Below are positions 38,339-49,292 of a DNA stretch of 64,000 nucleotides, one piece after another (positions within the stretch are counted from its first letter, which is position 1; each line of letters opens with the position of its first letter). Position numbers and translations under genes: made by a program. The stretch is taken from assembly GCA_002372375.1 (NCBI GenBank), contig DFGJ01000021.1, positions 62,394 through 126,393 of the forward strand. Direction: 5' to 3'. Source of the DNA: Ruminococcaceae bacterium UBA3753 (lineage in GTDB: Bacteria; Bacillota; Clostridia; Oscillospirales; Acutalibacteraceae). Under the pieces are notes generated by a model. The model did no database searches, was not told where the DNA came from, and saw only the letters and a list, made by a program, of their open reading frames with translations.

Positions 38339-40420
38339 ATGAAAAGACAGGTATCTTTGGAGAAAACAAGAAATATAGGTATTATGGCTCACATAGATGC
38401 CGGAAAAACTACGACGACAGAAAGAATTTTATTTTATACAGGAGTTAACCACAAAATAGGTGAAACCCATGATGGCGCTGCCACCATGGATTGGATGGAG
38501 CAAGAGCAAGAAAGGGGTATAACTATAACTTCAGCGGCGACAACGTGCTTTTGGAAGCAGCATAGAATTAATATCATAGATACACCAGGTCACGTGGATT
38601 TTACCGTTGAGGTTGAAAGGTCTTTGAGAGTTCTGGATGGGTCTGTTACAGTCCTGTGTGCTAAAGGGGGAGTAGAGCCACAGTCGGAGACTGTCTGGCG
38701 TCAAGCTGACCGCTATAAAGTGCCTAGAATGGTCTATGTGAACAAAATGGATGCTGTGGGAGCTGATTTCTATAATGTTATCCAAATGATGAAGGACCGT
38801 CTACGCTGCAACGCTGTTCCGATTCAATTGCCAATAGGTTCGGATGAAACTTTTAGAGGGATCATAGATCTTGTTGAGATGAAGGCATATATATATAATG
38901 ACGATCTAGGTAAGGACATAACTGTTGAGGAGATACCGCAAGAGCTTGAGGACCGATCGGCTGAATATAGGCGAGAACTTTTAGAGCATGTTGCCGAAAT
39001 GGACGATGCTTTGTTCGAGAAATACTTGAATGATGAAGAAATAACACAGGATGAAATAAAGTCAGCTATTAGAAAAGCGACACTTGCCAATAAGATGGTG
39101 CCTGTAACTTGCGGGAGTTCTTACAAAAATAAAGGTGTTCAAAAGCTTTTAGATGCAATAGTCGATTATATGCCTGCACCAACAGATGTTCCGGCTATAA
39201 AAGGGATAAACCCTGAAACTAACGAGGAATGCGAGCGTCACTCTTCGGACTCTGAGCCGTTTTCAGCTCTGGCTTTTAAAATTGCTACTGACCCTTACGT
39301 AGGTAAGCTATGCTTCTTCAGGGTGTACTCTGGATCTATCAGTGCTGGTACTACTGTTTATAACTCAACTAAAAACAGTAAAGAAAGACTTGGCAGAATT
39401 CTTCAAATGCACGCAAATCATCGGCAAGACATAGATACTGTTTACGCTGGTGACATTGCTGCTGCAGTTGGTTTAAAGAATACTACAACTGGCGATACTC
39501 TTTGTGTGGAATCCAATCCAGTAATTTTAGAGTCTATGGAATTTCCTGAGCCTGTTATTAGGGTGGCCATTGAGCCAAAAACAAAGGCTGGCCAAGAAAA
39601 GATGGGCTTGGCACTTGCCAAGCTTGCCGAGGAGGATCCTACGTTTAAGGCTTACACGGATAAAGAGACCGGGCAGACGATAATTGCTGGAATGGGTGAG
39701 TTGCACCTTGAAATTATCGTGGACAGATTACTGAGAGAATTTAAGGTTGAGGCTAATATTGGTGACCCTCAGGTTGCGTACAAAGAGACCATAAGAGAGA
39801 ATGCTGATGTTGAAAGTAAATATGTCCGTCAGTCTGGCGGTAGAGGGCAGTACGGTCATGTGAAAATAAAAATTTCGCCTAACCCGGCCAAAGGCTATGA
39901 GTTCGTTAATTCTATTGTTGGTGGTGCTATTCCTAAAGAATACATTCCTGCTGTGGATGAAGGTATAAAAAGTGCTATGCAGGCTGGTATTTTAGCAGGA
40001 TATCCGGTTGTGGATGTTAAGGTTGAGTTATACTATGGTTCTTTCCACGAAGTCGACTCATCTGAAATGGCGTTTAAAATAGCGGGATCAATGGCTTTTA
40101 AAGATGCGATGAGCAAAGCTGATCCCGTATTGTTGGAGCCCATAATGAAAGTTAGTGTTACCGTTCCGGAAGAATATATGGGGGATGTTATAGGTGACCT
40201 TAATTCTCGCCGTGGCATGATTCAGGGAATGGAAGCCCTTGCTGGTGCACAAAGAATAAATGCAAATGTTCCTCTGTCTGAAATGTTCGGATATGCTACT
40301 GACATGCGTTCTAAAACTCAAGGTAGGGGACAATACACAATGGAGCCAAGTCATTATGCTGAGGTACCGAAATCTGTTTCGGAAGGAATTATATCCTCAA
40401 GAGTTAAGCCGGCGGGATAG
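38339..40420 (+). CDS. fusA: elongation factor G
   Basis: [38 protein letters not shown] and NKMD, with full-length colinearity to EF-G and the end ...SRVKPAG. Confidence 0.97.
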   Translation: MKRQVSLEKTRNIGIMAHIDAGKTTTTERILFYTGVNHKIGETHDGAATMDWMEQEQERGITITSAATTCFWKQHRINIIDTPGHVDFTVEVERSLRVLDGSVTVLCAKGGVEPQSETVWRQADRYKVPRMVYVNKMDAVGADFYNVIQMMKDRLRCNAVPIQLPIGSDETFRGIIDLVEMKAYIYNDDLGKDITVEEIPQELEDRSAEYRRELLEHVAEMDDALFEKYLNDEEITQDEIKSAIRKATLANKMVPVTCGSSYKNKGVQKLLDAIVDYMPAPTDVPAIKGINPETNEECERHSSDSEPFSALAFKIATDPYVGKLCFFRVYSGSISAGTTVYNSTKNSKERLGRILQMHANHRQDIDTVYAGDIAAAVGLKNTTTGDTLCVESNPVILESMEFPEPVIRVAIEPKTKAGQEKMGLALAKLAEEDPTFKAYTDKETGQTIIAGMGELHLEIIVDRLLREFKVEANIGDPQVAYKETIRENADVESKYVRQSGGRGQYGHVKIKISPNPAKGYEFVNSIVGGAIPKEYIPAVDEGIKSAMQAGILAGYPVVDVKVELYYGSFHEVDSSEMAFKIAGSMAFKDAMSKADPVLLEPIMKVSVTVPEEYMGDVIGDLNSRRGMIQGMEALAGAQRINANVPLSEMFGYATDMRSKTQGRGQYTMEPSHYAEVPKSVSEGIISSRVKPAG

Positions 40421-41350
40421 GTTGGCCATACCGCTGGCATGCGTTCTAAAATTTAAGATAAGGCGGAAATACGCAACGTAACCGCGTCACTATGTTAGGG
40501 TACTAAATTCTGTTTTGAAAGAATTGTGTCCTTTAAGAGTGGAGTTGACGGGAAATCGGCCGCCAGTTTGTGCTTTCTTTCCAAGACTTAAGATTTGAAG
40601 TATTATGCTATGAAACTGGGTCAATGTGCTGGGGTACCGAGATCTGTTTCGAGAGTAATTTTGTCCTCAAGAGTTAAATCGACGGTAGCGGTTGTCGGCA
40701 TGTGTACTTCCAGTGTTCGTTCTAAAATTTAGGACTGGGGACAATGCGCAATTTAATTGAGTTACTGTGTTGAGGTACTGGGATATGTTTCGGAAGGAAT
40801 TATATTCTCGAGGGTTAAGCCGGCGGAATAGGTTGCCATACCGCTGGCATGCGTTCTAAAATTTAAGATAGGGCGGAAATACGCAACGTAACCGCGTCAC
40901 TATGTTAGGGTACTGAATTTTGTTTTGAGCGAATTGTGTCCTTAAGAGTGGAGTTGACGGGAAATCGGCCGTCAGTTTGTGCTTTCTTTCCAAGACTTAG
41001 GATTTGGAGTATTATGCTATGGAACTGGGTCACTGTGCTGGAGTACCAAAGTCTGTTTCGAGGGGGATTGTGTCCTCAAGAGTTAAGTTGTTGGTAGCAG
41101 TTGCCGACTTGTGTGCCTTCAGCATGCGTTCCAAAACTTAGGACTAGTACGCAATTTAGTTGAGTTACTATGCTGGGGTACCGAAATCTGTTTCGGAATG
41201 AATTATATCTTCAAGAGTTAAATCGACGGTAGCGGTTGTCGGCATGTGTACTTCCAGTGTTCGTTCTAAAATTTAGGACTGGGGACAATACGCAATTTAA
41301 TTGAGTTACTGTGTTGAGGTACTGGGATCTGTTTCGGAAGGAATAACTTG
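40304..41350 (+). repeat. tandem array of ~132-143 bp units (about 8) seeded by the last ~117 nt of fusA, with higher-order re-duplication
   Basis: Unit starts (atgcgttctaaaa and diverged forms) are at 40304, 40439, 40571, 40713, 40848, 40980, 41123 and 41257. Units 2 and 5 are near identical, as are units 4 and 8. Confidence 0.92.
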
Positions 41351-41536
41351 CTAATTTGTATGTGCCTCCAACAGGCGTTTTTGTTAGTCACGGTTATGTT
41401 AATAGTGCACGTTTTTAATTTGAATACAATGTTTTATTTTTGCTCTTTTCGTAGAGCGCTGGGAGATTTATAAATATTTGGGAATTCTTTGCATCATTGT
41501 TTTGCTTTAGTTTTTGTTTTGCTGTAAGGTGTTTTT

Positions 41537-42142
41537 ATGAGAAAACAGATAAAATTATTAATTTTTAGTTCATTAATTTTTGCATTTCTTGGTGGATTTC
41601 TCTTTTTTTTGATTTACTTTTGTCCCAAGGAGAAAGTAAGCGACGTCTCATTCGCAAATAAAACAACTAATATAAGCGATGAAAAACTCATAAATAAAAA
41701 TTTCAAAAACTTGGAGTGTATTACACTAAAGAATAGAGGAGATTCATTTACGGTAAATTTGGAGAAAAATGAAAAAGGTGAAGATGTTTACCATTTAATA
41801 AAGGCAGATTGTTCCGAAGTTTCACAAGATTTAATAGAAAAATCGATAATGAAGAATTTTATTAATGAGATTGAAGAAATGACATCGTTAAAGCTCGTTA
41901 GCGAAGGAAGTGACGATTTTCCAAAATATGGATTAGAAAATAAGAATATTTCCATCACACTTAATTTTAAAGGAAGTGATTCCGTAGTTCTGTTTTTGGG
42001 GAATGAAGCTCCATTTTCGTCTGGTTACTATCTTAGTGGCAGTTCGCCTGAACTGAATAACATTTACCTTATTTCGGAAACAGCTGCAGAAGTATTTTTC
42101 TTAAATGTGGAATCTTTTATGACAGAGGCTAAAGTAGCTTAA
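41537..42142 (+). CDS. membrane-anchored protein, DUF4340-like (tentative)
   Basis: N-terminal TM helix. LFLGNEAPFSSGYYL resembles the G..tP....YY motif I associate with DUF4340. It is shorter than typical family members. Confidence 0.45.
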   Translation: MRKQIKLLIFSSLIFAFLGGFLFFLIYFCPKEKVSDVSFANKTTNISDEKLINKNFKNLECITLKNRGDSFTVNLEKNEKGEDVYHLIKADCSEVSQDLIEKSIMKNFINEIEEMTSLKLVSEGSDDFPKYGLENKNISITLNFKGSDSVVLFLGNEAPFSSGYYLSGSSPELNNIYLISETAAEVFFLNVESFMTEAKVA

Positions 42143-42781
42143 AAGAGCGGGACTTATCCTGAAGTGTGTAGACTTTTTTTGATAATACGTTTTAATCGCA
42201 TTAGATATCTTATATTTATTGTATGAACTTTACACTACGTCATATTTTTAAACTTTTGCTCCGAATGTTAGATTTTAGGAACACTTGCTTTTGTTGTAAA
42301 TTCTGATGAGTACTGTATTATTTCTTTTTACTTTAACTTTATCAGTGATAAAGATAGGTAAATGGGTTAAAAATTTGGTAATTTAACCTATAAGCAAAAA
42401 ATTAAAACATAACTAGAGAGTAAAAATTAACTAGAAATCAGGTTTTTAATACATAAAAGACTAAAATTTTCCCCATGGTTGAGACAAAAATAAACAAACA
42501 CGTCGGGACAATGGAAAAACACAGCAGCAATGAATCCTTCCCAAACCTAGTCAAGAACAAAAGACTCAAGCATATACACAAAACATCGAAGAACGTCCAA
42601 ATTGCTACTCGCCTGTGATATGTTGCATTAAAATAAAAAAACTTAAACAATCTATTAATCTAACCACATATTTTAACATCTGCATCAGCACGTCAACCGG
42701 CACGTTTCAGCAGCATGACTATTTTTTAACAATTTCAAACATGTATTTTATTCAAAACAAACAAAGAAAAATAAAAACCGC

Positions 42782-43549
42782 TTATTCCAATTTTTGCTGT
42801 ATTAAAATCCTTTTTATCGCGTTTATAGCAACTTTAACTGCACGATTTATGTCAAAGCACTGATTCTGTGAAACACCTACTTTTCCAATTTCTTGATTCC
42901 AAATTGCAAGCAATATAGTGCCTGCATGAAGGCCTAAATTACTTGAAACAACAAACAAAGCAGCAGATTCCATTTCACTACACAAGGCTCCCCCTTTGAT
43001 CCATGCCGACCACTTGTCACAAAGTTCATATGAAACTCCCATTCTTTTTGGTGAATGCTGACCATAAAAACTATCTTTGCAATGGACTACACCCACATGA
43101 TATGGAAAATTCAATTCCTCAGCAGAACTTTTTAAGGCAAATGTTATATCAAAATCTGCAACAGCAGGAAACTCTATAGGCAAATATTCCTTACTCGTAC
43201 CTTCTTGCCTTATGGCCGACGTAGCAATCACAAGATCTCCCGCGTTTACTCGCAAACTCATGCCGCCACTTGTTCCCACACGCACAAGGTGAGATATCCC
43301 TATTTGCGCAAGTTCCTCCACACAAATAGCTGTAGAAGGCCCACCTATTCCAGTCGATATTACTAAAATTTTCTTACCTTCAATTTCACCCAAGAAAGAA
43401 ATATACTCTCGGTTTTCTCCTATTTTTCTTGGATTTTCTAAAAACATTGCAATTTTCTCAACTCGCCCAGGGTCGCCAGTAAGAATAGCAAAACGCGCGC
43501 CGGATATATCGTTTCTTGAAAGACCTATATGGTACATAACTTCACTCAT
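42782..43549 (-). CDS. udp: uridine phosphorylase
   Basis: HIGLSRNDISGARFAILTGDPGRVEKIA, STGIGGPSTAICVEELAQIG, and RVGTSGG. It is closely colinear with E. coli Udp as I recall it. Confidence 0.85.
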   Translation of the reverse strand: MSEVMYHIGLSRNDISGARFAILTGDPGRVEKIAMFLENPRKIGENREYISFLGEIEGKKILVISTGIGGPSTAICVEELAQIGISHLVRVGTSGGMSLRVNAGDLVIATSAIRQEGTSKEYLPIEFPAVADFDITFALKSSAEELNFPYHVGVVHCKDSFYGQHSPKRMGVSYELCDKWSAWIKGGALCSEMESAALFVVSSNLGLHAGTILLAIWNQEIGKVGVSQNQCFDINRAVKVAINAIKRILIQQKLE

Positions 43550-44155
43550 TCCCTAGACCACCCCGTGCGCAGTACGATAAACTATAACCCTAGTGTTATA
43601 ACATAAATGAAATATTTTTTGCAAGCATATTGGAGGCTTTAAAATAAAAAACCTATTAGGTTTATTGCGTAATTACAAACAAAAACTTACTTTCACAAAA
43701 AGTGAAAATTTAGAGTCAAAAGTTTTAATTTTTATATCCTATTTCTGGTACGACGCTTAAATTTTCCTTTTTACATAACAAAAAACTTGTTTTAATTTTT
43801 ACATTTTATTTTTTTCAGAAAAACGAATTTTGAAACTCTGCTGATGCCACTCGAATTAAACAAAATAATTAAGTCTTGCTACTTTTTGCCCTCAAACCGT
43901 TTTTTCAATACTTATTTTTTACAACCTACAATTTTACTTATTTCTAGTTCAACGTATTTTCACCATACTGTACAGTCAATGTAACCAAAAAACGTTTTAA
44001 AACAAAATCATTAAGGATAAGCTAAAAAACACACCAAAAATGGACAAAAATATAAAAAGCTACACAAAAAACAATACTACTGATTAAGAATACACATTAC
44101 CCTAAATTTCTTTATACCAAAACCTAAAAATGCACCTTAAACAAAAAAGGTAAAG

Positions 44156-44971
44156 TTACGAAACAGTGCAAAATAGTCTCTTTAAAGTAGCAATTTGATC
44201 TTCACTCATGCCGCCATACTTCAAATAATTGACCGCCACCGCGTGGAAATCGCCCTGAGTTCGAACTGCACTACCCTTTTCAGCATAACTATATAACAGA
44301 TAATCAACAAAATCGTCAAATTTTGTGTCTTTTATAGCATTATACTTATCTGGATCACTTTCTTTTGTGATACTGTAGTAATTTTCATATGTTTTCATAT
44401 AATCGTCCAAAACCTCATTATAAGAAGCACCACACAGCATAAAAAGTAACGCACAAACAAATCCTGTTCTATCCTTGCCCTCGCGGCAGTGTATTAGCAA
44501 CTTGACGGGTTCACTGTTATTATTACGCACACAATATTCGACATAGGATTTCAATCCACTAACAATCTTTTGTGCATGGCTCTTAGAACGATAATTACAC
44601 GCCACGCCAAGACAAACACACTTTCCTTTTTTGTATAAATTAACTGCAAAACAGTTTTTGTCAGCACTATCTACAGTGCTTCGTAACGTTTCATCCTTGC
44701 CTGCTAAATTTATCAAAAACGCTATATCATTATTTTTTATGCATTTATTTACACAATTCACTCTATTGTACTTATTGACAAACGGCGAAGCGGACCTATC
44801 AATTGAGTCATTTCCTAATTCATCACTGCGACATTTCCTATAGTTAGCAAATGACTCATCGCTAGTGTAGTCCGAACGATTATTGCTGCATAGCGTAGCA
44901 TGCACTTTCTTTATATTTAGATACTTAAACTTTTCTTTAAGCGTAATCGTAACACTATCACCATCTTTCAA
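44156..44971 (-). CDS. protein tyrosine phosphatase-like domain (CX5R), 3' part of a disrupted gene
   Basis: The active-site loop is IHCREGKDRTGF. The TTG start in the track is simply the first start-like codon after an in-frame TGA. Confidence 0.6.
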   Translation of the reverse strand: MKDGDSVTITLKEKFKYLNIKKVHATLCSNNRSDYTSDESFANYRKCRSDELGNDSIDRSASPFVNKYNRVNCVNKCIKNNDIAFLINLAGKDETLRSTVDSADKNCFAVNLYKKGKCVCLGVACNYRSKSHAQKIVSGLKSYVEYCVRNNNSEPVKLLIHCREGKDRTGFVCALLFMLCGASYNEVLDDYMKTYENYYSITKESDPDKYNAIKDTKFDDFVDYLLYSYAEKGSAVRTQGDFHAVAVNYLKYGGMSEDQIATLKRLFCTVS

Positions 44972-44983
44972 ATTAACTTCTGT

Positions 44984-45555
44984 TCACAACGAATCCCAGT
45001 TATTACGACAAATAGTAGAGCGACTAGTCCCATGATAATTCACAATCAATGGAGCTCTTGTCCGAGTAGAATATGTCCTAGAATAGGGTATATCTAACAG
45101 CTCAAAACCATTGCTAAAGCAAACATTCACACTATCACCATACTCAAATCCTTCTTCTTGCAATCTATTAGCCGATATACAAAGTAAAATTTGTCCAAAC
45201 ACAGGGTCATGAGCTACTTTACATTTTACGGCTTTACTAATTCTTTGATTTAAATCTTTTGAAACTTTTACATTATCAGAAAAATCTATACTAACTGCAT
45301 CATTTTCCCTGATTTGAACGTTGTTAAGACCATCAGTCTCACATACCGACCCGGAGTTGCTATCTTGGAAAATAACTTTGTTGTTAGGCTGCGTGGAAAC
45401 ATCCGAACCGGAAAGTTTTTTTGTACCAATTTCAGTTAAAGAATGCAAACTCAATTGACTAAACTCTCCACTTTGCAGTGAATAAATAACAGAACTTGTA
45501 TTACACAGATTAGCTAAAAACAAAAAATTAAAAAAACAGAAACCAGCTTCTTCAC
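44984..45555 (-). pseudogene. 5' part of the same phosphatase gene: signal peptide in another frame, then a 179-codon frame ending at an in-frame TGA
   Basis: A GTG at 45555 (GAGG RBS 8 nt upstream) encodes MKKLVSVFLIFCF-stop. The 44984..45523 frame continues ...LANLCNTSSVIYS across T7/T6/T5 runs. A TGA at 44984..44986 is in frame with 44156..44971. Confidence 0.5.
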
Positions 45556-46097
45556 AAGTAAAACCTCATACAAACCATTATCCATCAAGATAATAACACA
45601 ATAATTCTTATCAAGGCAATAAAAAAATACTAAAAAATCGAAATTAAAATATTTAATTTATATTGTATAAAAATCGTTATAAACATATGTTCCTTATATC
45701 AATAATAACATTATTATTTCCTACAATTTATCAACTTATATTAACTTTAATATACGGCTTTTACTCCTCCCAGCAAAGAATTCTCATTTCTGAAATAATA
45801 CCAAAAGGTGCTTATATTTTCTTAAATTTTGGACTCGTTAAGCGTCAATGCAAATGAGCAATTAACGTCGTATTTATAATGTTTCTTTAATAAAGCTCCT
45901 ATCTAATTTTTATTGATAAAATTTATTTTGTGCAAGCTAGAATGTCAACTTTATTACATATAAAACTTTACTTTGTATTTTATTATGCTTCTAAATAAAA
46001 TACAAAACATTGACAATTTATACAATCTATAGTACCATTGTACAGGTGGCTAGGTTGATAGCGTTAATTCATACCATTTTTTAGGAGGAAAAAATTT

Positions 46098-46256
46098 ATG
46101 CAAACAAGGGAAACCTAAGGCAAAAATATTGATAATGAAAACGAGTTAAAAAAGGTAGCTGGGGGTAATATTGCCCCAACCCCTGAAGAAATTGAATACG
46201 TCAACAAACGTTTGTCTGAAAACTTAAAGAAAACTATAGATAACAAAAATCGATAA
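46098..46256 (+). pseudogene. double-glycine-leader peptide gene interrupted by an in-frame TAA
   Basis: An AGGAGG RBS lies 9 nt before the ATG. The frame reads MQTRET-TAA-GKNIDNENELKKVAGG NIAPTPEEIEYVNKRLSENLKKTIDNKNR-stop, all in one frame. Confidence 0.35.
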
Positions 46257-46372
46257 CATTTTTAACAATTTCCCCTACTCTTTATTTCGGACCTAGTACT
46301 GGCTTTTGGAGGCTGCCTGTATTTAGTGCACCGTGCACAAAGAATGCGGACGACAGAAGAAACCAGGGCAAG

Positions 46373-48307
46373 TCAACTTAACTTATCTACTTTTTCGTTA
46401 TCAAAATCTATTTCGTATAAACGATACTGTTGCCCATCCAGATTTACAATCAATGTTTTTTTCCCATTGCTGCCTTTAACCGTGACGGTATAAGTTCCCG
46501 TATAAGCCGGTATTACAGTTTTAGAAGAATCTAAAACACCATCTATATATGTCTTTAAGGAAACTTCTTTGGTAACATCTTTTGGCAGGTCTACATAAAC
46601 CGCTACGCTCTTTTGGATCGCTTCACCTGAACTAACTGTTACTTTAACACTAGTACCCTCTTTCACTTCTGTCCCCGGCAAAGGACTAATTTTCAAAACT
46701 ACATCTTTGGCTTTTTCGCTTTTTTCTTTAATTATTTCGGAGTCCACCTTGAGATTCTTACGCGATATCTCATTTACTGCTTCATTGAGAGATTTGCCTA
46801 CAACGTTCGGAACAACTACAGTTTTCGCTGCTGGACCTTTGCTGACAAACAGTTTTACCGTGCTATTAACAGCAATTTCCTTCCCGGCATCTGGGTCCGT
46901 ACCAATCACTACTCCTTTTGCCGTCTCGCCGTCCTCTACATACAGAACCTCGTATTGAAAACCCGCATCTTTTAGCGTTGATTTAGCAACATCTTCAGTT
47001 TTGCCCTTTAAATTAGGTAGAGCAACACTCGCGCCCGAACTATTAACAAAAAGTGTAATCTCCGAATTCTCTTTAACCTTTTTGATTCCAGCTTTTGGGT
47101 CTTGATCTATAACGATACCTTCCGGCTTCAAAGAATCGTAAGCATACTTTAGATTCCACTTAAATTTGTACTCTTTTCCATCTACTATATCAGATGCTCT
47201 GAGACCAATAAAATTAGGCACAGCAACATCTTTACCAGTTAATCCAAACCATCCTGTTAAAAGGCCGGATACCAAAACAGCCGTAAAAATTAAAACAGAT
47301 ATTCCAACACCTATAGCGATACTTAAAGCTTTCGACGATCTCGATTGCTCTTTACTGATTACAGCACTTTCATCATCAAGATCAAAATTCCTTTTAGAAG
47401 CTTTTACACTATCGATAACATCTATGTATTTTGTTGGAGCACTATCAACAAAATAATTATAATCGAACTTTATACTGGGATTTTTTTTAAACTCATTAAT
47501 AGCCTCCATCATGTCATCAATAGAGCTGTACCTAAACCGAGAATTTTTTTGCATAGCCTTTAAAGTTATTTCCTCTAAACCCTCAGGTATATTGGCATCC
47601 AACTCCCTTAAAGGCTTTGGGTCGCTTTGAAGTTGCATTATCGCAACGGAGACCGCATTATCCGCATTAAATGGAAGTGTACCAGTCAACATCTCGTATA
47701 GTAACACGCCCACAGAGTAGATATCTGTTCGTTCATCGGTGGTACCACCTTTTGCTTGCTCCGGAGCTATATAATGAACCGAACCTATAGTTTTGTCAGT
47801 TAGTGTGTAAGTTTCATATCCCAAATACTTAGATATACCAAAATCTGTAACCTTTATGGTTCCATCCCTTAAAAGCATTATGTTCTGTGGCTTAATATCC
47901 CTGTGAATTATCCCTCTTTTGTGAGCATGCGAAAGAGCATCCAATATTTGTCCTGTAAAAAATATGGCATCCTTCCACTTAACTTTTTCTTTCTTAGATA
48001 TAAATTCCTTGAGTGTTATACCATCTACGTACTCCATTACAATATACTGGATCTTGTCGCCTAAGCTCACATCGAATACCTTAACTATATTCGGATGAGA
48101 CAGCATAGCTATAGTTCTAGACTCATTTTTAAACCGGCGCATAAAATCCTGATTGTTCAAAAATTCATCTTTTAAAATCTTTATGGCTACCAAACGCTTT
48201 TCTAGTATATCGAAGGCACTGTAAACGACAGACATGCCCCCTGTTCCAATTAGCTCTCTTATTTCATAACGCTTATCTAGTCTTTTTCCAGCATACTTAT
48301 CTATCAA
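46373..48307 (-). CDS. prkC: Ser/Thr protein kinase PrkC with PASTA repeats
   Basis: Hanks kinase motifs GTGGMSVVY, VAIK, HRDIKPQN, DFG and APE. These are followed by a TM helix and three PASTA-like repeats (VPN..G). The TTG start overlaps the stp stop. Confidence 0.9.
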   Translation of the reverse strand: MIDKYAGKRLDKRYEIRELIGTGGMSVVYSAFDILEKRLVAIKILKDEFLNNQDFMRRFKNESRTIAMLSHPNIVKVFDVSLGDKIQYIVMEYVDGITLKEFISKKEKVKWKDAIFFTGQILDALSHAHKRGIIHRDIKPQNIMLLRDGTIKVTDFGISKYLGYETYTLTDKTIGSVHYIAPEQAKGGTTDERTDIYSVGVLLYEMLTGTLPFNADNAVSVAIMQLQSDPKPLRELDANIPEGLEEITLKAMQKNSRFRYSSIDDMMEAINEFKKNPSIKFDYNYFVDSAPTKYIDVIDSVKASKRNFDLDDESAVISKEQSRSSKALSIAIGVGISVLIFTAVLVSGLLTGWFGLTGKDVAVPNFIGLRASDIVDGKEYKFKWNLKYAYDSLKPEGIVIDQDPKAGIKKVKENSEITLFVNSSGASVALPNLKGKTEDVAKSTLKDAGFQYEVLYVEDGETAKGVVIGTDPDAGKEIAVNSTVKLFVSKGPAAKTVVVPNVVGKSLNEAVNEISRKNLKVDSEIIKEKSEKAKDVVLKISPLPGTEVKEGTSVKVTVSSGEAIQKSVAVYVDLPKDVTKEVSLKTYIDGVLDSSKTVIPAYTGTYTVTVKGSNGKKTLIVNLDGQQYRLYEIDFDNEKVDKLS

Positions 48308-49092
48308 TTACTTGAACCCCCTGATTCCGTGCTAATCTTATTCCCTTTGATGTCGCTAATTAAAATAGCTGTTATATTATCGCTTCCACCCTTACTGTTG
48401 GCATCATTTACTAATGCACAAACCAAATCTTGTTTTTTTGTTTTGTAATTTCTGAAATAATCTAGCAAAGCTTTCTCGTCAAAGTAATTGGTCAAACCAT
48501 CTGTACACAGCAAAACATCTTCACCCAAGCTCAGCAGTATTTTTGAATAATCAACCTCAACGCTCGACTCTATTCCAAGAGCCCTTGTTAGTATATTTTT
48601 TTGCAAAGAGGACCTGGCTTGGCTAGATGTGATTTTACCATATTTTAACATTTCTTGTACAACAGAATGGTCTTCTGTTATTTGCTTTATGTAATTTTCT
48701 GAAACAACATACGCGCGGCTATCACCTATATGGGCTACGTGCAAAACACTCCCAACAACGACTCCAGCTACAACAGTTGTCCCCATTTTACCAATTTGCT
48801 TTTCACAAGATCTGTCGAAAATCTTCTTATTTGCATTTACTAAAGCACCGACTATAGCATCCTTTATGTATTCATCGTTGAAATTAAACGAATTATTACT
48901 AAATTCTTTAACAAAACTATCCGTAATTATTTCTTTCGCCATAGAACTCGCTAGGCCACCAAATTTAGTGCCTCCCATCCCGTCGCAAACTACGACCCAA
49001 GCAAACTCATCATCTAAAACTTTGAAACTGTAACAGTCCTGGTTACTTGAGCGTACCCTACCAACATCAGATTTAGCATAAATATCTAGCAC
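48304..49092 (-). CDS. stp: PP2C-family Ser/Thr phosphatase
   Basis: RSSNQD, VCDGMGG, GDSR, CTDGL and GGSDNIT motifs. It is translationally coupled to prkC. Confidence 0.9.
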   Translation of the reverse strand: MLDIYAKSDVGRVRSSNQDCYSFKVLDDEFAWVVVCDGMGGTKFGGLASSMAKEIITDSFVKEFSNNSFNFNDEYIKDAIVGALVNANKKIFDRSCEKQIGKMGTTVVAGVVVGSVLHVAHIGDSRAYVVSENYIKQITEDHSVVQEMLKYGKITSSQARSSLQKNILTRALGIESSVEVDYSKILLSLGEDVLLCTDGLTNYFDEKALLDYFRNYKTKKQDLVCALVNDANSKGGSDNITAILISDIKGNKISTESGGSSN

Positions 49093-49292
49093 TTACTTTG
49101 CTTCCTTATATCTAACATCTTGCGGCAAATTATCAATCATATAGACTGATACTTAAATTACAACAACTAACCCACTTGCTCAACGTGATTGAGACGCAGC
49201 AAACCAAATTGGTGATCCAGACACTTTAAAATCAGACACAGAACGTCCCTGCGTAAAGACTTTCTTAGCCACCTTTTAAGTGAGTAGTAAAA

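Noticed and set aside
44984-44986. TGA reassigned as a sense codon (or selenocysteine), as an explanation for the in-frame TGAs at 44984 and 6435.
   Set aside because: TGA terminates cwlD, rbfA (abutting the nrnA ATG) and stp (overlapping the prkC start) at their natural C-termini. The PTP gene also has an independent frameshift, so decay is the simpler explanation.
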